64,000 nt of DNA from positions 1,230-65,229 of the forward strand of contig JAJDTP010000011.1 of NCBI GenBank assembly GCA_022827095.1. Reading direction: 5' to 3'. Position 1 is the first letter of the stretch, and each line of letters starts with the position of its first letter. Below are positions 51,816 through 61,541 of the stretch, in pieces. The notes below the pieces were generated by a model. That model saw only the letters and a list, made by a program, of their open reading frames with translations. It searched no databases and was not told the origin of the DNA. The translations under genes were made by a program, and so were the position numbers. The stretch comes from Dehalococcoidia bacterium (GTDB lineage: Bacteria; Chloroflexota; Dehalococcoidia; Lucifugimonadales; UBA3495).

Positions 51816-52853
51816 ATGGCTGATGAACCAATCAGGGTGGGTCTTATCGGGGCGGGCGGCAACGTCCGCAACCGCCATATTCCCGGCTTCCAGGGAGTTG
51901 AAGACTGCGAGTTAGTGGCCGTTGCGAACCGGACGGTGCAGTCCGGCCGCGTGATCGCGGACCAGTTCAACATCCCGAAGGTGTACGGGCATTGGCGCGA
52001 AGTGCTGGAGGACGACGAGGTAAACGCCGTCTGCATCGGCACCTGGCCCTACATGCACCGCACCATGACCCTGGCCGCGCTGGAGGCCGGCAAGCACGTC
52101 CTTACCGAGGCCCGCATGGCCAACGACGCCGCGGAGGCCCGGGACATGCTGGCCGCATCGCGGGCCCACCCGCACCTGGTTTGCCAGCTCACCCCGACAT
52201 CCACCAGCTACACCATCGACAACGTGATTAAACGGCTGATCGACGAGGGACACTTGGGCGAGCTGTTGTCGGTGGACTTCACGTCCCTGCAGAACAACTT
52301 CGCCGATTTCGATGGTCCCCTGCACTGGCGGCACGACCGCGCCCTGAGCGGATACAACACGCTGAACATCGGAGCGTCCTATGAGTCGATGATGCGCTGG
52401 CTGGGTCGCGGAACCCGGGTCATGGCCATGGGCAAGGTGCACGTGCCCTACCGGCGGGACGACAACGGGCATCTCACGTCCGTGTCCATTCCGGACCACA
52501 TCGACATCCTCTACGAACTGGCCAACGGGGCGCAGGTGCACATGCAGATGAGCGCCACCTCGGGGCTAAACCGGGGGAGCCAGATCTGGATGTTCGGTAC
52601 TGAGGGCACGATTCACGTGGATTCCCAGCGTAGGGTATGGGCCGGCAAGCGCGGCGATTCGGAATTGACCGAAGTGCCCAACCCGCCCGAGACGCAGGCC
52701 AGATACCGGGTCGAAGAGCAGTTCACCAACGCCATCCGCGGGACCGAAGTCGTGGACATGGTGGCCTTTGAGACCGGCGTCCACTACATGGAGTGGACCG
52801 AGGCGGTGGGCCGCAGCGCCATGACCGGCCAGGCGGTTTACCTGCCTCTTTAG
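51816..52853 (+). CDS. Gfo/Idh/MocA family oxidoreductase
   Basis: ATG 51816 is preceded by GAGGAG. IRVGLIGAGGNVRNRHIPGF forms the Rossmann N-terminus, followed by EKP-like LTEARMA. Confidence 0.85.
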   Translation: MADEPIRVGLIGAGGNVRNRHIPGFQGVEDCELVAVANRTVQSGRVIADQFNIPKVYGHWREVLEDDEVNAVCIGTWPYMHRTMTLAALEAGKHVLTEARMANDAAEARDMLAASRAHPHLVCQLTPTSTSYTIDNVIKRLIDEGHLGELLSVDFTSLQNNFADFDGPLHWRHDRALSGYNTLNIGASYESMMRWLGRGTRVMAMGKVHVPYRRDDNGHLTSVSIPDHIDILYELANGAQVHMQMSATSGLNRGSQIWMFGTEGTIHVDSQRRVWAGKRGDSELTEVPNPPETQARYRVEEQFTNAIRGTEVVDMVAFETGVHYMEWTEAVGRSAMTGQAVYLPL

Positions 52854-52954
52854 GCAGAAAACCGGCACCCGCCCCAAAAGAGGCCAACGCGACACCGGTG
52901 ACTGGATGGAGACTTGAGCCAACAGCTGGCCTGATCCGACTTGGCGGAACATAG

Positions 52955-53491
52955 ATGCAGTTCAGACTCAACCGCGAAATCAAGGCGTACTGTCCCGATT
53001 TTGAACCCGTGCGGTCGATCCTGCGCAAGCGGTCGGCGTATTTCGTCGAGGTCAAGGAACAGGTCGACTACTACTATCGGCTCCCGCCCGCGGACGATAC
53101 CGAGGGAACGCGTCGGCTCAAACTCCGCGTGGAACCGGCAGCCTCGGAGTTGATTTACTACGTCGAGGGCCAGGAGGACGGCGCCAGGACCAGCCGGTTC
53201 CAGATAGCGGCGGTGGAGGACCCGGCGATGGCCGGAGTGCTGGAGGCCGCCCTAGGCGCCCGCGCGGTGGTGTGCAAACGCCGCGAGCTTTGGCGCAAGG
53301 ACAATGTGGTTTTCAACCTGGACACGGTCGAAGGAGTGGGTCAGATCCTCGAGGTGGAGGTCCAAGCCGAAGAAGGCTGCGACATCGACGCCCAGGTGGG
53401 CGAGTATCGCAGCCTGCTCGGCCATTATTTGAACGGTTACATCACGGGGTCAAACGAGGACCTGGTCGCCTCGATCAGTCCCCAGCCTTGA
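52955..53491 (+). CDS. CYTH-domain protein (class IV adenylate cyclase/triphosphatase-like)
   Basis: 178 aa. It has an N-terminal ExK-type motif (NREIKA) plus RLKLR and LEVEVQ acidic/basic strand patterns. The 3' end overlaps the convergent GMC gene by 17 nt. Confidence 0.7.
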   Translation: MQFRLNREIKAYCPDFEPVRSILRKRSAYFVEVKEQVDYYYRLPPADDTEGTRRLKLRVEPAASELIYYVEGQEDGARTSRFQIAAVEDPAMAGVLEAALGARAVVCKRRELWRKDNVVFNLDTVEGVGQILEVEVQAEEGCDIDAQVGEYRSLLGHYLNGYITGSNEDLVASISPQP

Positions 53492-55013
53492 TGAAGTCGG
53501 AGACGCGCTCGGCGATCATCATCGTGGTGACGTTGGTGTTGGCGCGGACGACGTCAGGCATGATCGAGGCGTCAGCTACCCGCAGGTTGGACACGCCGCG
53601 CACGCGCAGATGCGGGTCAACGACCGCCATCGGGTCATCGTCCGGCCCCATCTTGCAGGTGCCGGAGATGTGGTACGAGGTGCTGATGTTGCGGCGCAGC
53701 CAGAGGTCCAGGGTCTCGTCGCTCTCCAGGTCCGCCGGGGTCGGAGCCGTTATCTCGTCGATGATTCCGTCGTAGGAGCTGTGTTGCAGGAACGACACGC
53801 AGAGCCGGACGGCTTCCCGCAACCGTTCCCGGTCCCAGTCCTCCTCCAGGTAACGATAGTCCATGCTGGGGGCTGTATGCGGGTCCGAAGATTCCAGCCT
53901 CAGCTCGCCCTTGCCGGCCGCCAGGTACAGGCCGCAGTTGACCGTGTGAGCCGGGTTGTCATCCCGCACCACGGTGTTCAGCGACGCCGGCGAAAGGATC
54001 ATGTCGTTGGGCGTGTCCGAACCGGAGGCGGTGAAGCGCAGTCGCAGCGCCCTCATGCCGTTGGGGTCCTGGGGGACGTCTTCCTTGACCATGAAGCGCA
54101 CCGACACGTTGGGGTGGTCGCGCATATTCTGGCCAACCCCGGGCAGTTCCACCGCGACCGGAATGCCCTGCGCCTGCAACTGGTCAGCGGGGCCGATGCC
54201 GGACAGCATCAGCAGTTGCGGTGAGGCGACCGCGCCGGCGCACAGGATGATCTCGCTGCCCTCGACGACGAAAGTGTCGCCGCCGCTCTCAACCTCGACA
54301 CCAACGGCGCGCCCGTCTTCCAGCACCACTTTCCGAGCCTGGACGTTGGCGCGAATGGTGAGGTTCAACCGGTGGCGCACCGAACTGATATAGGACAGGG
54401 CCATGCTCATGCGCACGCCGTCGATATTGTTCTCGGCGCGCAGGCTGACGCCGGTAGCCTCCGGGTTGTTCACGTCGGGATGGAAGGGGTATCCGGCGGC
54501 CGTGGCAGCCTGGAAAAAGGCCTCCTGGGACGGCGGCCAGGTCTCGCGCTGGTGGTGCCGCACTGGAACCGGCCCGTCGGTGCCGTGGAAATCGTCGTGG
54601 AAATCCGCATCGTTCTCCAGCTTGCGGAAGTAGGGCAGGCATTCCAGGTAGCCCCACCCGTCGTTGCCCCAGGACTCCCACGTGTCGAAGTCTTCAGGTG
54701 CGCCCCGGATGAAGGTCTGGCCGTTGATGGCGCTGGAGCCGCCCAACACCTTGCCCCGGGGTACAGGCATGGGCTCGGCTTGTTCCGGCGTGGCCTTGCC
54801 GGTGAAGGACCAGTTGTAGGGCGAACCGGCGGCGCGGGCCTCCAGGTTCACCGTTCCCCAGCCCAGCTTGAGCATGTCGGGAAGTTGCTCGAAGTCGGGA
54901 AAGTCAGGCCCGGCCTCCAGGAGCAACACCGAGCGGTCCGGGTCCTCGGAAAGCCGCGTCGCCACGATGCACCCGGCCGTGCCGCCGCCGACAACGATAT
55001 GGTCGTATTTCAT
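53475..55013 (-). CDS. GMC-family FAD oxidoreductase, paralog 2
   Basis: Trimmed to ATG 55013 (MKYDHIVVGGGTAGC). Motifs: GGSSAINGQTF, AGAVASPQLLMLSGIG, SGTCKMG ... NLRVADASIMP. Confidence 0.9.
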   Translation of the reverse strand: MKYDHIVVGGGTAGCIVATRLSEDPDRSVLLLEAGPDFPDFEQLPDMLKLGWGTVNLEARAAGSPYNWSFTGKATPEQAEPMPVPRGKVLGGSSAINGQTFIRGAPEDFDTWESWGNDGWGYLECLPYFRKLENDADFHDDFHGTDGPVPVRHHQRETWPPSQEAFFQAATAAGYPFHPDVNNPEATGVSLRAENNIDGVRMSMALSYISSVRHRLNLTIRANVQARKVVLEDGRAVGVEVESGGDTFVVEGSEIILCAGAVASPQLLMLSGIGPADQLQAQGIPVAVELPGVGQNMRDHPNVSVRFMVKEDVPQDPNGMRALRLRFTASGSDTPNDMILSPASLNTVVRDDNPAHTVNCGLYLAAGKGELRLESSDPHTAPSMDYRYLEEDWDRERLREAVRLCVSFLQHSSYDGIIDEITAPTPADLESDETLDLWLRRNISTSYHISGTCKMGPDDDPMAVVDPHLRVRGVSNLRVADASIMPDVVRANTNVTTMMIAERVSDFIKAGD

Positions 55014-55060
55014 TGACAAAACTCCTATTATTGGCCGGCACGCTTCCGGCATTGGCGAGC

Positions 55061-55969
55061 TTACAGAGGTCGATCAGGGAGGTACTTGTCCTCCATTTCG
55101 CGGATCCGGTCCGCGCCGAGGATGCCGCCGTTGGTGGCGACGCCCCACTTGCTCTGCGCCGCCGCTGCCAGGAAGTCGTCGATGGCGGCGGTGCCGCGAT
55201 CCTGGAAATCACTCAAGAAGTCCCATGACGCCTGGACCCCCGCCATGGTGGTCAGGGCCGGGTACCAGGCTGCTGCGGCTCCGGCGTCCTGCAACTCCTG
55301 TAGCGTGGGATGGGTCTGGCTGCCGTGGGTGAACAGGGGCAGAACCGGGCCCGGAATGCGCCGGATGGCTTCCTGGTTGTCCTCCCAGGAGGCGACGGCC
55401 GGGCACACGACGTCCACGTTGGTCTCGCTCTTGTAGGCCAGGCAGCGCTCCATCACGTCTTCAAAGGTGACGCCCGGCACGCCGGCGTAGTCGCACCGCG
55501 CTACGATCACGAAGTCGGGGTCGTACTCCATCTTGGCGTCCATGGCGGCCCGCAGTTTGCCCACCATTTCCTCGATGGAAACGCAGCGGCGGCGGGGGCC
55601 GGATTTGGGCGGATAGGTCTGGTCTTCCAGGTGGGTGCCGGCGATGCCGGCCCGGATGTACTCCTTGACCGTCTCGTAGACCTGGATGGCGTCGCCGTAG
55701 CCGGTGTCCATGTCCACGAACGCCGGGATGTCGATGGTGTTCACGATTTTCCGGGCGTTGTCCACCATGTCGCGCATGCTGGTGCCGCCCTCGGTAAGAC
55801 CCATGACTTGGGCCGAGGTGTTGCCGCCCGACATGTAGAAGGCCTCGAATCCCAGCACTTCGGCCATCTTCGCCCCCATGGCGTTCATGCCGCCGGCCAG
55901 GACGAAGATCTCGGGGCGCTCGAACAGCTCCTTGAGCCTAGTGGTCATGCGTTGTTTCTCTGGCATCAC
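55061..55969 (-). CDS. isocitrate lyase/PEP mutase superfamily protein (methylisocitrate lyase/carboxy-PEP mutase-like)
   Basis: 302 aa. Motifs: AFYMSGG, VDMDTGYGD, GTHLEDQ. Confidence 0.8.
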   Translation of the reverse strand: MMPEKQRMTTRLKELFERPEIFVLAGGMNAMGAKMAEVLGFEAFYMSGGNTSAQVMGLTEGGTSMRDMVDNARKIVNTIDIPAFVDMDTGYGDAIQVYETVKEYIRAGIAGTHLEDQTYPPKSGPRRRCVSIEEMVGKLRAAMDAKMEYDPDFVIVARCDYAGVPGVTFEDVMERCLAYKSETNVDVVCPAVASWEDNQEAIRRIPGPVLPLFTHGSQTHPTLQELQDAGAAAAWYPALTTMAGVQASWDFLSDFQDRGTAAIDDFLAAAAQSKWGVATNGGILGADRIREMEDKYLPDRPL

Positions 55970-56003
55970 TCTTCCCCCTTTGGAAATTTCGTGTGTGGGC
56001 TTC

Positions 56004-56621
56004 CTACCAGCCGAGGCTTTCGGGAATGAGGATCATGGTGATGCGGCCCACCATGGGCTCGTGTTCCATCACCAGGTACTTGCCGATGGGAGTGGGCGTA
56101 GAGCCGCGCCCCTCCAGCCAGCGGTCGTGTTGTTCCAGGGTGAAACCCCGCGTGCGGGCCTCGGCATCGGCCAGGGTGGGGCAGATCTTCTGCGTCCCGG
56201 CCACCATGATCACTCGCTTCGCTCCATAGGAGAAGGCCCCGATCTGGCTGCCCGAGCCGCTGGCCACGACGATCTCTCCGGTTTCCGCGATGGCCTGCAC
56301 GCTGCCCACGAAATAGTCGGCGATGGTGGTCTTGCGGCGGAACTCGCGCTGTGCAACCGGATCAGTGTGGGCCACCATCTGGTCGTGCAGATTTACGTAA
56401 CGATCGTTGCCGTCCATGTACTCTGTGTAGCCGATGGTGTCTAGCGTCTCCGATGTGCTCACGAAGACCTCGGAACCCTCTGGTACCAACTCTTTGAGTT
56501 TCAGCAGCGCCGCCTCGCGATTCTCTACGAGGACAGCTTCCACGTTCCGCGCGGCCAAGGCCGCTATTGTCCTGTTGATCGAGGCGGCAGTGGCCGGCGC
56601 GTAGGATGCGCGGGATGTCAT
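56004..56621 (-). CDS. LUD-domain (LutC/YkgG-like, DUF162) protein
   Basis: Trimmed to Met 56621. Motifs: VQAIAETGEIVVASGSGSQ, RVIMVAGTQKICPTLADA. Confidence 0.65.
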   Translation of the reverse strand: MTSRASYAPATAASINRTIAALAARNVEAVLVENREAALLKLKELVPEGSEVFVSTSETLDTIGYTEYMDGNDRYVNLHDQMVAHTDPVAQREFRRKTTIADYFVGSVQAIAETGEIVVASGSGSQIGAFSYGAKRVIMVAGTQKICPTLADAEARTRGFTLEQHDRWLEGRGSTPTPIGKYLVMEHEPMVGRITMILIPESLGW

Positions 56622-56650
56622 TCTGGGTCTCCTGTTGGTGCTGCGCGGGT

Positions 56651-57709
56651 TCAGGCGCCGGGCCGCAGGTGGGGCATGATCTCGTCGACGAACAGCCCCA
56701 TGGAGCGCATGACCTGGTCGGGGGTCAGGTCGCCCCACGCGAAGATCGGGCAGAAGTAGTTGATGCCGGTCTCGTCGACGGCCCGCTGGACCCGTTCCCT
56801 GACGCTGGACGGCGTGCCGACGATGATCACGTCTTTCGCCTCCAGCGCGTCGAAGTCCCGCATTGCGCCCAGGCGGTCAAGGTTGTTCTTGGCCCACAGG
56901 TAGTCGATGTTGTGGAACCACGTCCCGTATGCCGCCTTCGCTTCGTCCCGCGCCGCTTCTTCAGTGTCGGCGATGTACATGTGGCGCACCAGACCCAGCT
57001 TGGGGACGGGCACGTGGCTGTTCATGCCATCTGCCATGCGGTCGGCGGCCCACACCTGCTTGTACAGATCGTAGTGGGCCTTGACGCCGGCGTTGTCGGC
57101 GAACACGGCGCAGGTGTTGAAGCCGTGCTGCGCCATCCACGGCACCGTTTCGATGTTGTTGCTGGCGTACCAGAGCGGCGGATAGGGCTTCTGATGCGGC
57201 GCAATCCAGAGTTCGATGTCCTCATAGTTGTAGTGCTTGCCCTGGTAATTCAGCATACCGGTGGTGAATCCGCGGGTGAACATGTCCATCTGCTCGTTGA
57301 ACATTTCCCAGCTGATGCCGAGGTCGACGCCGAATTCCTCGGCCTCCACGGGCGATACGCCCCGACCGACGCCCAGGTCCAGGCGGCCGTTGCTGAGGTT
57401 GTCCAGCATGCAGATCTCGTGGTAGAGGCGGATGGGGTTGTAGAAGGGGAGGAGGAACACCAGCGGACCCAGGCGCAGGTTAGTGGTGCGTTGTGCGGCG
57501 GCGGCCAGGAACACGGCCGGCGAGGGTGACACGCTCAACGGCGTGATGTGGTGCTCCGCCAGGTGGTAGCTGTAGAACCCGCTGCGATCGGCGTACTCCA
57601 GCATCCGCAGCCGGTTTTCGAAGATCTCGCTGGGCGCCGACTTGTCCCATTCGATCCAGTCGAACAGCCCAAACTCCAGGGTATCGTTCAGCGTGGCGAC
57701 CTGGGTCAT
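56651..57709 (-). CDS. luciferase-like monooxygenase (LLM), paralog 3
   Basis: 352 aa. Motifs: GFYSYHLAEHH, LPFYNPIRLYHEICMLDNLSNGRLDLGVGRG. Confidence 0.85.
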   Translation of the reverse strand: MTQVATLNDTLEFGLFDWIEWDKSAPSEIFENRLRMLEYADRSGFYSYHLAEHHITPLSVSPSPAVFLAAAAQRTTNLRLGPLVFLLPFYNPIRLYHEICMLDNLSNGRLDLGVGRGVSPVEAEEFGVDLGISWEMFNEQMDMFTRGFTTGMLNYQGKHYNYEDIELWIAPHQKPYPPLWYASNNIETVPWMAQHGFNTCAVFADNAGVKAHYDLYKQVWAADRMADGMNSHVPVPKLGLVRHMYIADTEEAARDEAKAAYGTWFHNIDYLWAKNNLDRLGAMRDFDALEAKDVIIVGTPSSVRERVQRAVDETGINYFCPIFAWGDLTPDQVMRSMGLFVDEIMPHLRPGA

Positions 57710-57740
57710 TGCTCACCTCCTCGGCGACGATGCGGCTGCC

Positions 57741-58622
57741 TCAGTCGGCCACCAGCGGCAGTGACGAGTCAGCGGCGTACTCGGACATCGAGGCGTCGTA
57801 GACTGCGACGTTCTCGTAACCCAGCATCGCGAGTATGAAAGCGTCGTTGGACGCGGCGATGCCACCGCCGCAGTAGGTGACCACTCGTTTTGAGCGATCC
57901 GCGCCGGCCGCCTCGAAAAGGGACGCGAGTTCGTCGGCCGGCCGGAACAGGCCGGTTTCGGGATCGGTCAACTCGCCGGACGGGACGTTGGTCGCGCCGG
58001 GGATGTGCCCGGCCCTACCGTAGCCGCTGCCGCCGTCTGCGCCGGAGTGCTGATCCCGACCCAGGGCGTTGATCAGGCAGATCCCGCCGCTGGTGCCCGA
58101 CTCGATGAACGCCTTGACCTCGGCCAGGTCTGCAAAGTGCGCCGGGTCGGGCGCAGGGTTGAAAACGGCGGGGGCGTACGTCGCCGCGTCGGTTGACGTC
58201 GCTCGACCCTCGGCCGTCCAGCGGCGCAGGCCGCCGTCCAGCACGACAGCGCCGCGGCAACCCATCGAGCGGAACATCCACCAGAATCGGGCGGCCCACT
58301 GCGAGCCAAGACGGTCGTACAAAACCAGCTTCGAGGTGTCCGATATGCCGTGCCGGCCGGACGCATCCGCGAAGGCGCCGGCTGAGGGCATCATGAACCG
58401 GTAGGCTTGGTCGTTGTCGGAGAAGTCGGCCTGGAGGTCGAGGAAGCCGGACCCGGGGATGTGCCCGGTCTCGTACGCGCTCCGTCCGGACTCGGCGCGG
58501 CGGCCGCCCCCTTCGACGGAATGCAGGAACACCGTGGTCTCGAAAACGCGAACGTCAGCGTCGGCCAGATGCGCGGCCAGCCAATCGGTCGAAACGAGGA
58601 ACTCGGGATGCGCAAATGCCAT
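57741..58622 (-). CDS. two-domain rhodanese (thiosulfate/3-mercaptopyruvate sulfurtransferase-like)
   Basis: Trimmed to ATG 58622 (MAFAHPEFLVSTDWL). Motifs: GHIPGS/GHIPGA and the active-site loop TYCGGGIAAS. Confidence 0.8.
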   Translation of the reverse strand: MAFAHPEFLVSTDWLAAHLADADVRVFETTVFLHSVEGGGRRAESGRSAYETGHIPGSGFLDLQADFSDNDQAYRFMMPSAGAFADASGRHGISDTSKLVLYDRLGSQWAARFWWMFRSMGCRGAVVLDGGLRRWTAEGRATSTDAATYAPAVFNPAPDPAHFADLAEVKAFIESGTSGGICLINALGRDQHSGADGGSGYGRAGHIPGATNVPSGELTDPETGLFRPADELASLFEAAGADRSKRVVTYCGGGIAASNDAFILAMLGYENVAVYDASMSEYAADSSLPLVAD

Positions 58623-58776
58623 GATCAACTCCAGCCATTCCCGGCTAGTCGTGGGCGGTCGATACTCGGCACAGTATCCCCGCTCGGTGCGCTGCCGGCA
58701 ACCGGTTCGCGGCGGCATCGCCACACCCCTGTGCTATAGTTTTTGCGCCCCATTTTGCATTCGAGAGTGAACATTC

Positions 58777-59679
58777 GTGGATATCAGCACAGTGGCCATT
58801 TTGAGTCCCGGCGACATGGGACATGCCGTTGGCCAACGTCTCCGGGAAAATGAACTGGACGTCATCACCTGCCTGGCCGGCCGTAGCGACCGGACGCGCG
58901 CCCTGTCCCAGAAGGCCGGGATACGCGATGTTGCCACGATGGACGAGTTGGTCGAGCAGTCTGACCTAGTAATGTCCATGACCGTGTCGGCGGCGGTCCC
59001 GGGTGTATGCCAACAGGTCGCCGACGCGCTGATCGCCACCGGCGCCCATATCCTGTTCGCGGAGTGCAACGCCATTTCTCCCCAGTTGGTTCGGGATCTG
59101 GAACCGGTGATCACCGGCGCCGGCGGTCGGTTCGTGGACGTGTCCATAATCGGCGGGCCACCCCGGCCGGGTTACGGTCCGCATTTCTACGCGTCGGGTC
59201 AGCATGCCAAGCAGTTTGAGCAGCTGAGCGATTCCGGTTTGAGGGTGCTGAAGCTAGACGGCGAAGTGGGGCAGGCTTCGGGCATCAAGATGTGCTACGC
59301 CGCAATGACCAAGGGTTCGTGGGCGTTGTATACCCAGTTGTTGATGGCTGCCGAGATTATGGGCCTGACCGAGCCCCTCATTGCCGAATTTCAGTCGGGT
59401 CAGCAAGCAGTGCTGCAACGGATGGAACGCACCATCCCCACCGTGCCGCCCCGTTCGCGCCGCTGGGTCAGCGAGATGGAGGAGATCCGCGACACCTTCG
59501 CGGAACTTGGCATGACGCCGCTACTGTTCGAAGGTGTCGCGGAAATGTACCGGTTTATCGGAGACACGCCTTTGGGAGAGGAATTTCCCGAGTCGAGAGA
59601 CCGCGATCGCACCTTCATCGAGACCATCGAAAAACTGGCGCAGCACGTAGTGGTACGCGACGACGGCGACCAAGCCTGA
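58777..59679 (+). CDS. NAD(P)-binding 6PGDH-like oxidoreductase with DUF1932 C-terminal domain
   Basis: GTG start. VAILSPGDMGHAVGQRL forms the Rossmann N-terminus, followed by ECNAISP, ASGIKMCYAAMTKG. Confidence 0.75.
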   Translation: MDISTVAILSPGDMGHAVGQRLRENELDVITCLAGRSDRTRALSQKAGIRDVATMDELVEQSDLVMSMTVSAAVPGVCQQVADALIATGAHILFAECNAISPQLVRDLEPVITGAGGRFVDVSIIGGPPRPGYGPHFYASGQHAKQFEQLSDSGLRVLKLDGEVGQASGIKMCYAAMTKGSWALYTQLLMAAEIMGLTEPLIAEFQSGQQAVLQRMERTIPTVPPRSRRWVSEMEEIRDTFAELGMTPLLFEGVAEMYRFIGDTPLGEEFPESRDRDRTFIETIEKLAQHVVVRDDGDQA

Positions 59680-59717
59680 CCATGGCCCGGCGCCAGCTTT
59701 CTATCAGGAGACATTCA

Positions 59718-59966
59718 ATGCCCGAACCGGCGCCTACCAGCAACAACCGGCTCATGTTCTCCACCGAAGAGTTGGCCATGGTGTCCCGATCCCAAATTGA
59801 GCGTTCGACGGTCCCGGACGGTATGGACGAGGAGGCCGGCGTCCTTATCGTGTGGGCTCGCGGAACCGCGGGTCAACCCGACACCGGATGGACCGCCCGG
59901 CACGCCATCTCGGGGGATGCCCTGCGCGACGCGCTGGTCGCGGCCGGCCTGATTCCTGCGGAATAG
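59718..59966 (+). CDS. hypothetical protein (82 aa)
   Basis: ATG 59718 is preceded by AGGAG. Only this distal part of ORF-track frame 59292..59966 is non-overlapping and has normal composition. Confidence 0.35.
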   Translation: MPEPAPTSNNRLMFSTEELAMVSRSQIERSTVPDGMDEEAGVLIVWARGTAGQPDTGWTARHAISGDALRDALVAAGLIPAE

Positions 59967-60040
59967 GGCTCCGGCATACGCACCGCAGGTTCGGCTGTTC
60001 CCGGAAGAGCCTTCTTGATGCCAGTTAGTGCCCGCCCAAA

Positions 60041-60070
60041 TTGACAGTGCTCCGCGCGTGTCCCTACAAT
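60041..60070 (+). promoter_or_regulatory. sigma70-type promoter for the LigB-like gene
   Basis: TTGACA (60041-60046), an 18-nt spacer, then TACAAT (60065-60070). AGGAGG at 60111-60116 precedes ATG 60122. Confidence 0.5.
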
Positions 60071-60121
60071 CGTGGAAATGCGCCAAATCGTGCGAGGGTT
60101 CCGGCTCGTTAGGAGGACAAC

Positions 60122-61093
60122 ATGGCTGAACTACTGGGTCTGGGCTGTTCTCACGGCCCCATCATCCTGACGCCGCCCGAGGCATGGGCTACGGGTCGAG
60201 AGCGGGTGTTCGCCCGGGTGCCGGGCTACGAGGCGCCAGCCGCTTTGCTGGAAGAGTTGGGCGATGACAACGGGCTGAGCCGGGACATCAGCGATCAGAA
60301 AAAAGTCGTCGAGTCGTTCCGGATCATGCGGGATCGGCTCCACGAATGGGAACCTGACGTGCTGATGGTGATCGGCGACGACCAGGCGGAGAACTTCCTG
60401 CAGGACAACCTGCCTCCCTTCTGCCTCTACACCGGCGATGAAGTCGACGGCTTTCCCTTCCAGCGTGGCGCGGCCCGCACCAACCTGTGGGACGCTGAAC
60501 CCGAGACGAAGTTCACCTTCCAGTGTCCCAAGGAGTTTTCCCGGGACCTGCGCAACTTCCTGATCCGCGACGGGTTCGACATGGCCTCATCCAGTGCCCT
60601 CAAGGGCTGGGACTGGGGGCTGGCCCACGCCATCATCAACCCGCTGGTGTTCCTGGACCCCGAGGGCAGGTTCCCGTTGCTGCCCCTGTTCGTCAATTGC
60701 TACGGCGAGGAAGCGGGCCCGGACTATCCGCCGCGCCCCACGCCCCAGCGGTGCTATCAGCTGGGGCAGGGAATCCGGCGGTTCCTGGACACCCGGGACG
60801 AGCGGGTTGCCGTGGTGGCGTCCTCCAGTTGGTCGCACAGTTTCCTGGCCCACAAGTTCCAGTGCCGCGAGATCGACGTCGAGACCGACCGCCGCTACCT
60901 GGAAATGGTTCGCGCCGGGAATGGCAGCAAGCTGGCGGAACTCAGCCCCGAAGAGATACAGGATTCCGGAGACCACGAGATCCTGAACTGGATCATCGCG
61001 CTGGGGATCCTGGGCGACGTTCCGGCCGAGATAGTCGATGTGCGGGAGTCAAACACCCAGCTGGCGTACCGGGTGGCCGCGATCTGGAACTAA
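60122..61093 (+). CDS. LigB-superfamily extradiol dioxygenase-like protein, paralog B (one metal ligand position altered)
   Basis: 323 aa, alignable with 13805..14800 (MAELLGLGCSHGP, VLMVIGDDQAEN, SSWSHSF, SGDHEILNW). The DDQHE His of paralog A is Ala here. Confidence 0.75.
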   Translation: MAELLGLGCSHGPIILTPPEAWATGRERVFARVPGYEAPAALLEELGDDNGLSRDISDQKKVVESFRIMRDRLHEWEPDVLMVIGDDQAENFLQDNLPPFCLYTGDEVDGFPFQRGAARTNLWDAEPETKFTFQCPKEFSRDLRNFLIRDGFDMASSSALKGWDWGLAHAIINPLVFLDPEGRFPLLPLFVNCYGEEAGPDYPPRPTPQRCYQLGQGIRRFLDTRDERVAVVASSSWSHSFLAHKFQCREIDVETDRRYLEMVRAGNGSKLAELSPEEIQDSGDHEILNWIIALGILGDVPAEIVDVRESNTQLAYRVAAIWN

Positions 61094-61195
61094 CTACCGT
61101 CACAGCAGCGATTCATCGACCAGGAACTGCCGCGCCGGGTGTGGCATCCGGTGCGGCCGGCCACTTTTTCAAGAACTGAGGGGAAGGCGTCGATC

Positions 61196-61453
61196 ATGGT
61201 CACGGTACTGGAGCCAAGAACCCAAACGGGACAGGGCACGGGCAACCGGAAGTGCGACGGGTGTCCGCGGTGCGAACGGCCGGACAGCCCGACGTGCAAC
61301 ATCCCGCATCCGAAATTCGCCAACCGGCATCCGGTGTGCAAGGTTTGCGGGCACTGCGTCCTGCGCGGCCAGCACCAGGATGACGCATCGGACCTGGACG
61401 ACCATCCAGGGTTCATCTCTGGCGGCTCCGGGGGCGGGCCGAGCCTGAACTGA
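61196..61453 (+). CDS. small Cys-rich protein (85 aa), candidate
   Basis: ATG 61196 with GAGGGGAAGG upstream. Seven Cys are arranged CDGCPRC-x7-C and CKVCGHC, with an acidic then Gly-rich tail. G/C-rich third positions are consistent with coding. The ORF-track start is 61139. Confidence 0.4.
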   Translation: MVTVLEPRTQTGQGTGNRKCDGCPRCERPDSPTCNIPHPKFANRHPVCKVCGHCVLRGQHQDDASDLDDHPGFISGGSGGGPSLN

Positions 61454-61541
61454 ATCGGCTGGCGGGCGTACCGGAGCGGCCGGGTGGATTTCCGTAGCAT
61501 CCTGCGGTCCCTGCTTCGCAAGAGGCCAGAGGTGCGTGCCA

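Noticed and set aside
59292-59717. Proximal part of ORF 59292..59966
   Set aside because: It overlaps the 3' third of the DUF1932 oxidoreductase gene in another frame and is Arg/Gly/His-rich. Only the distal 82 codons (from ATG 59718, with an SD) are retained as a low-confidence CDS.
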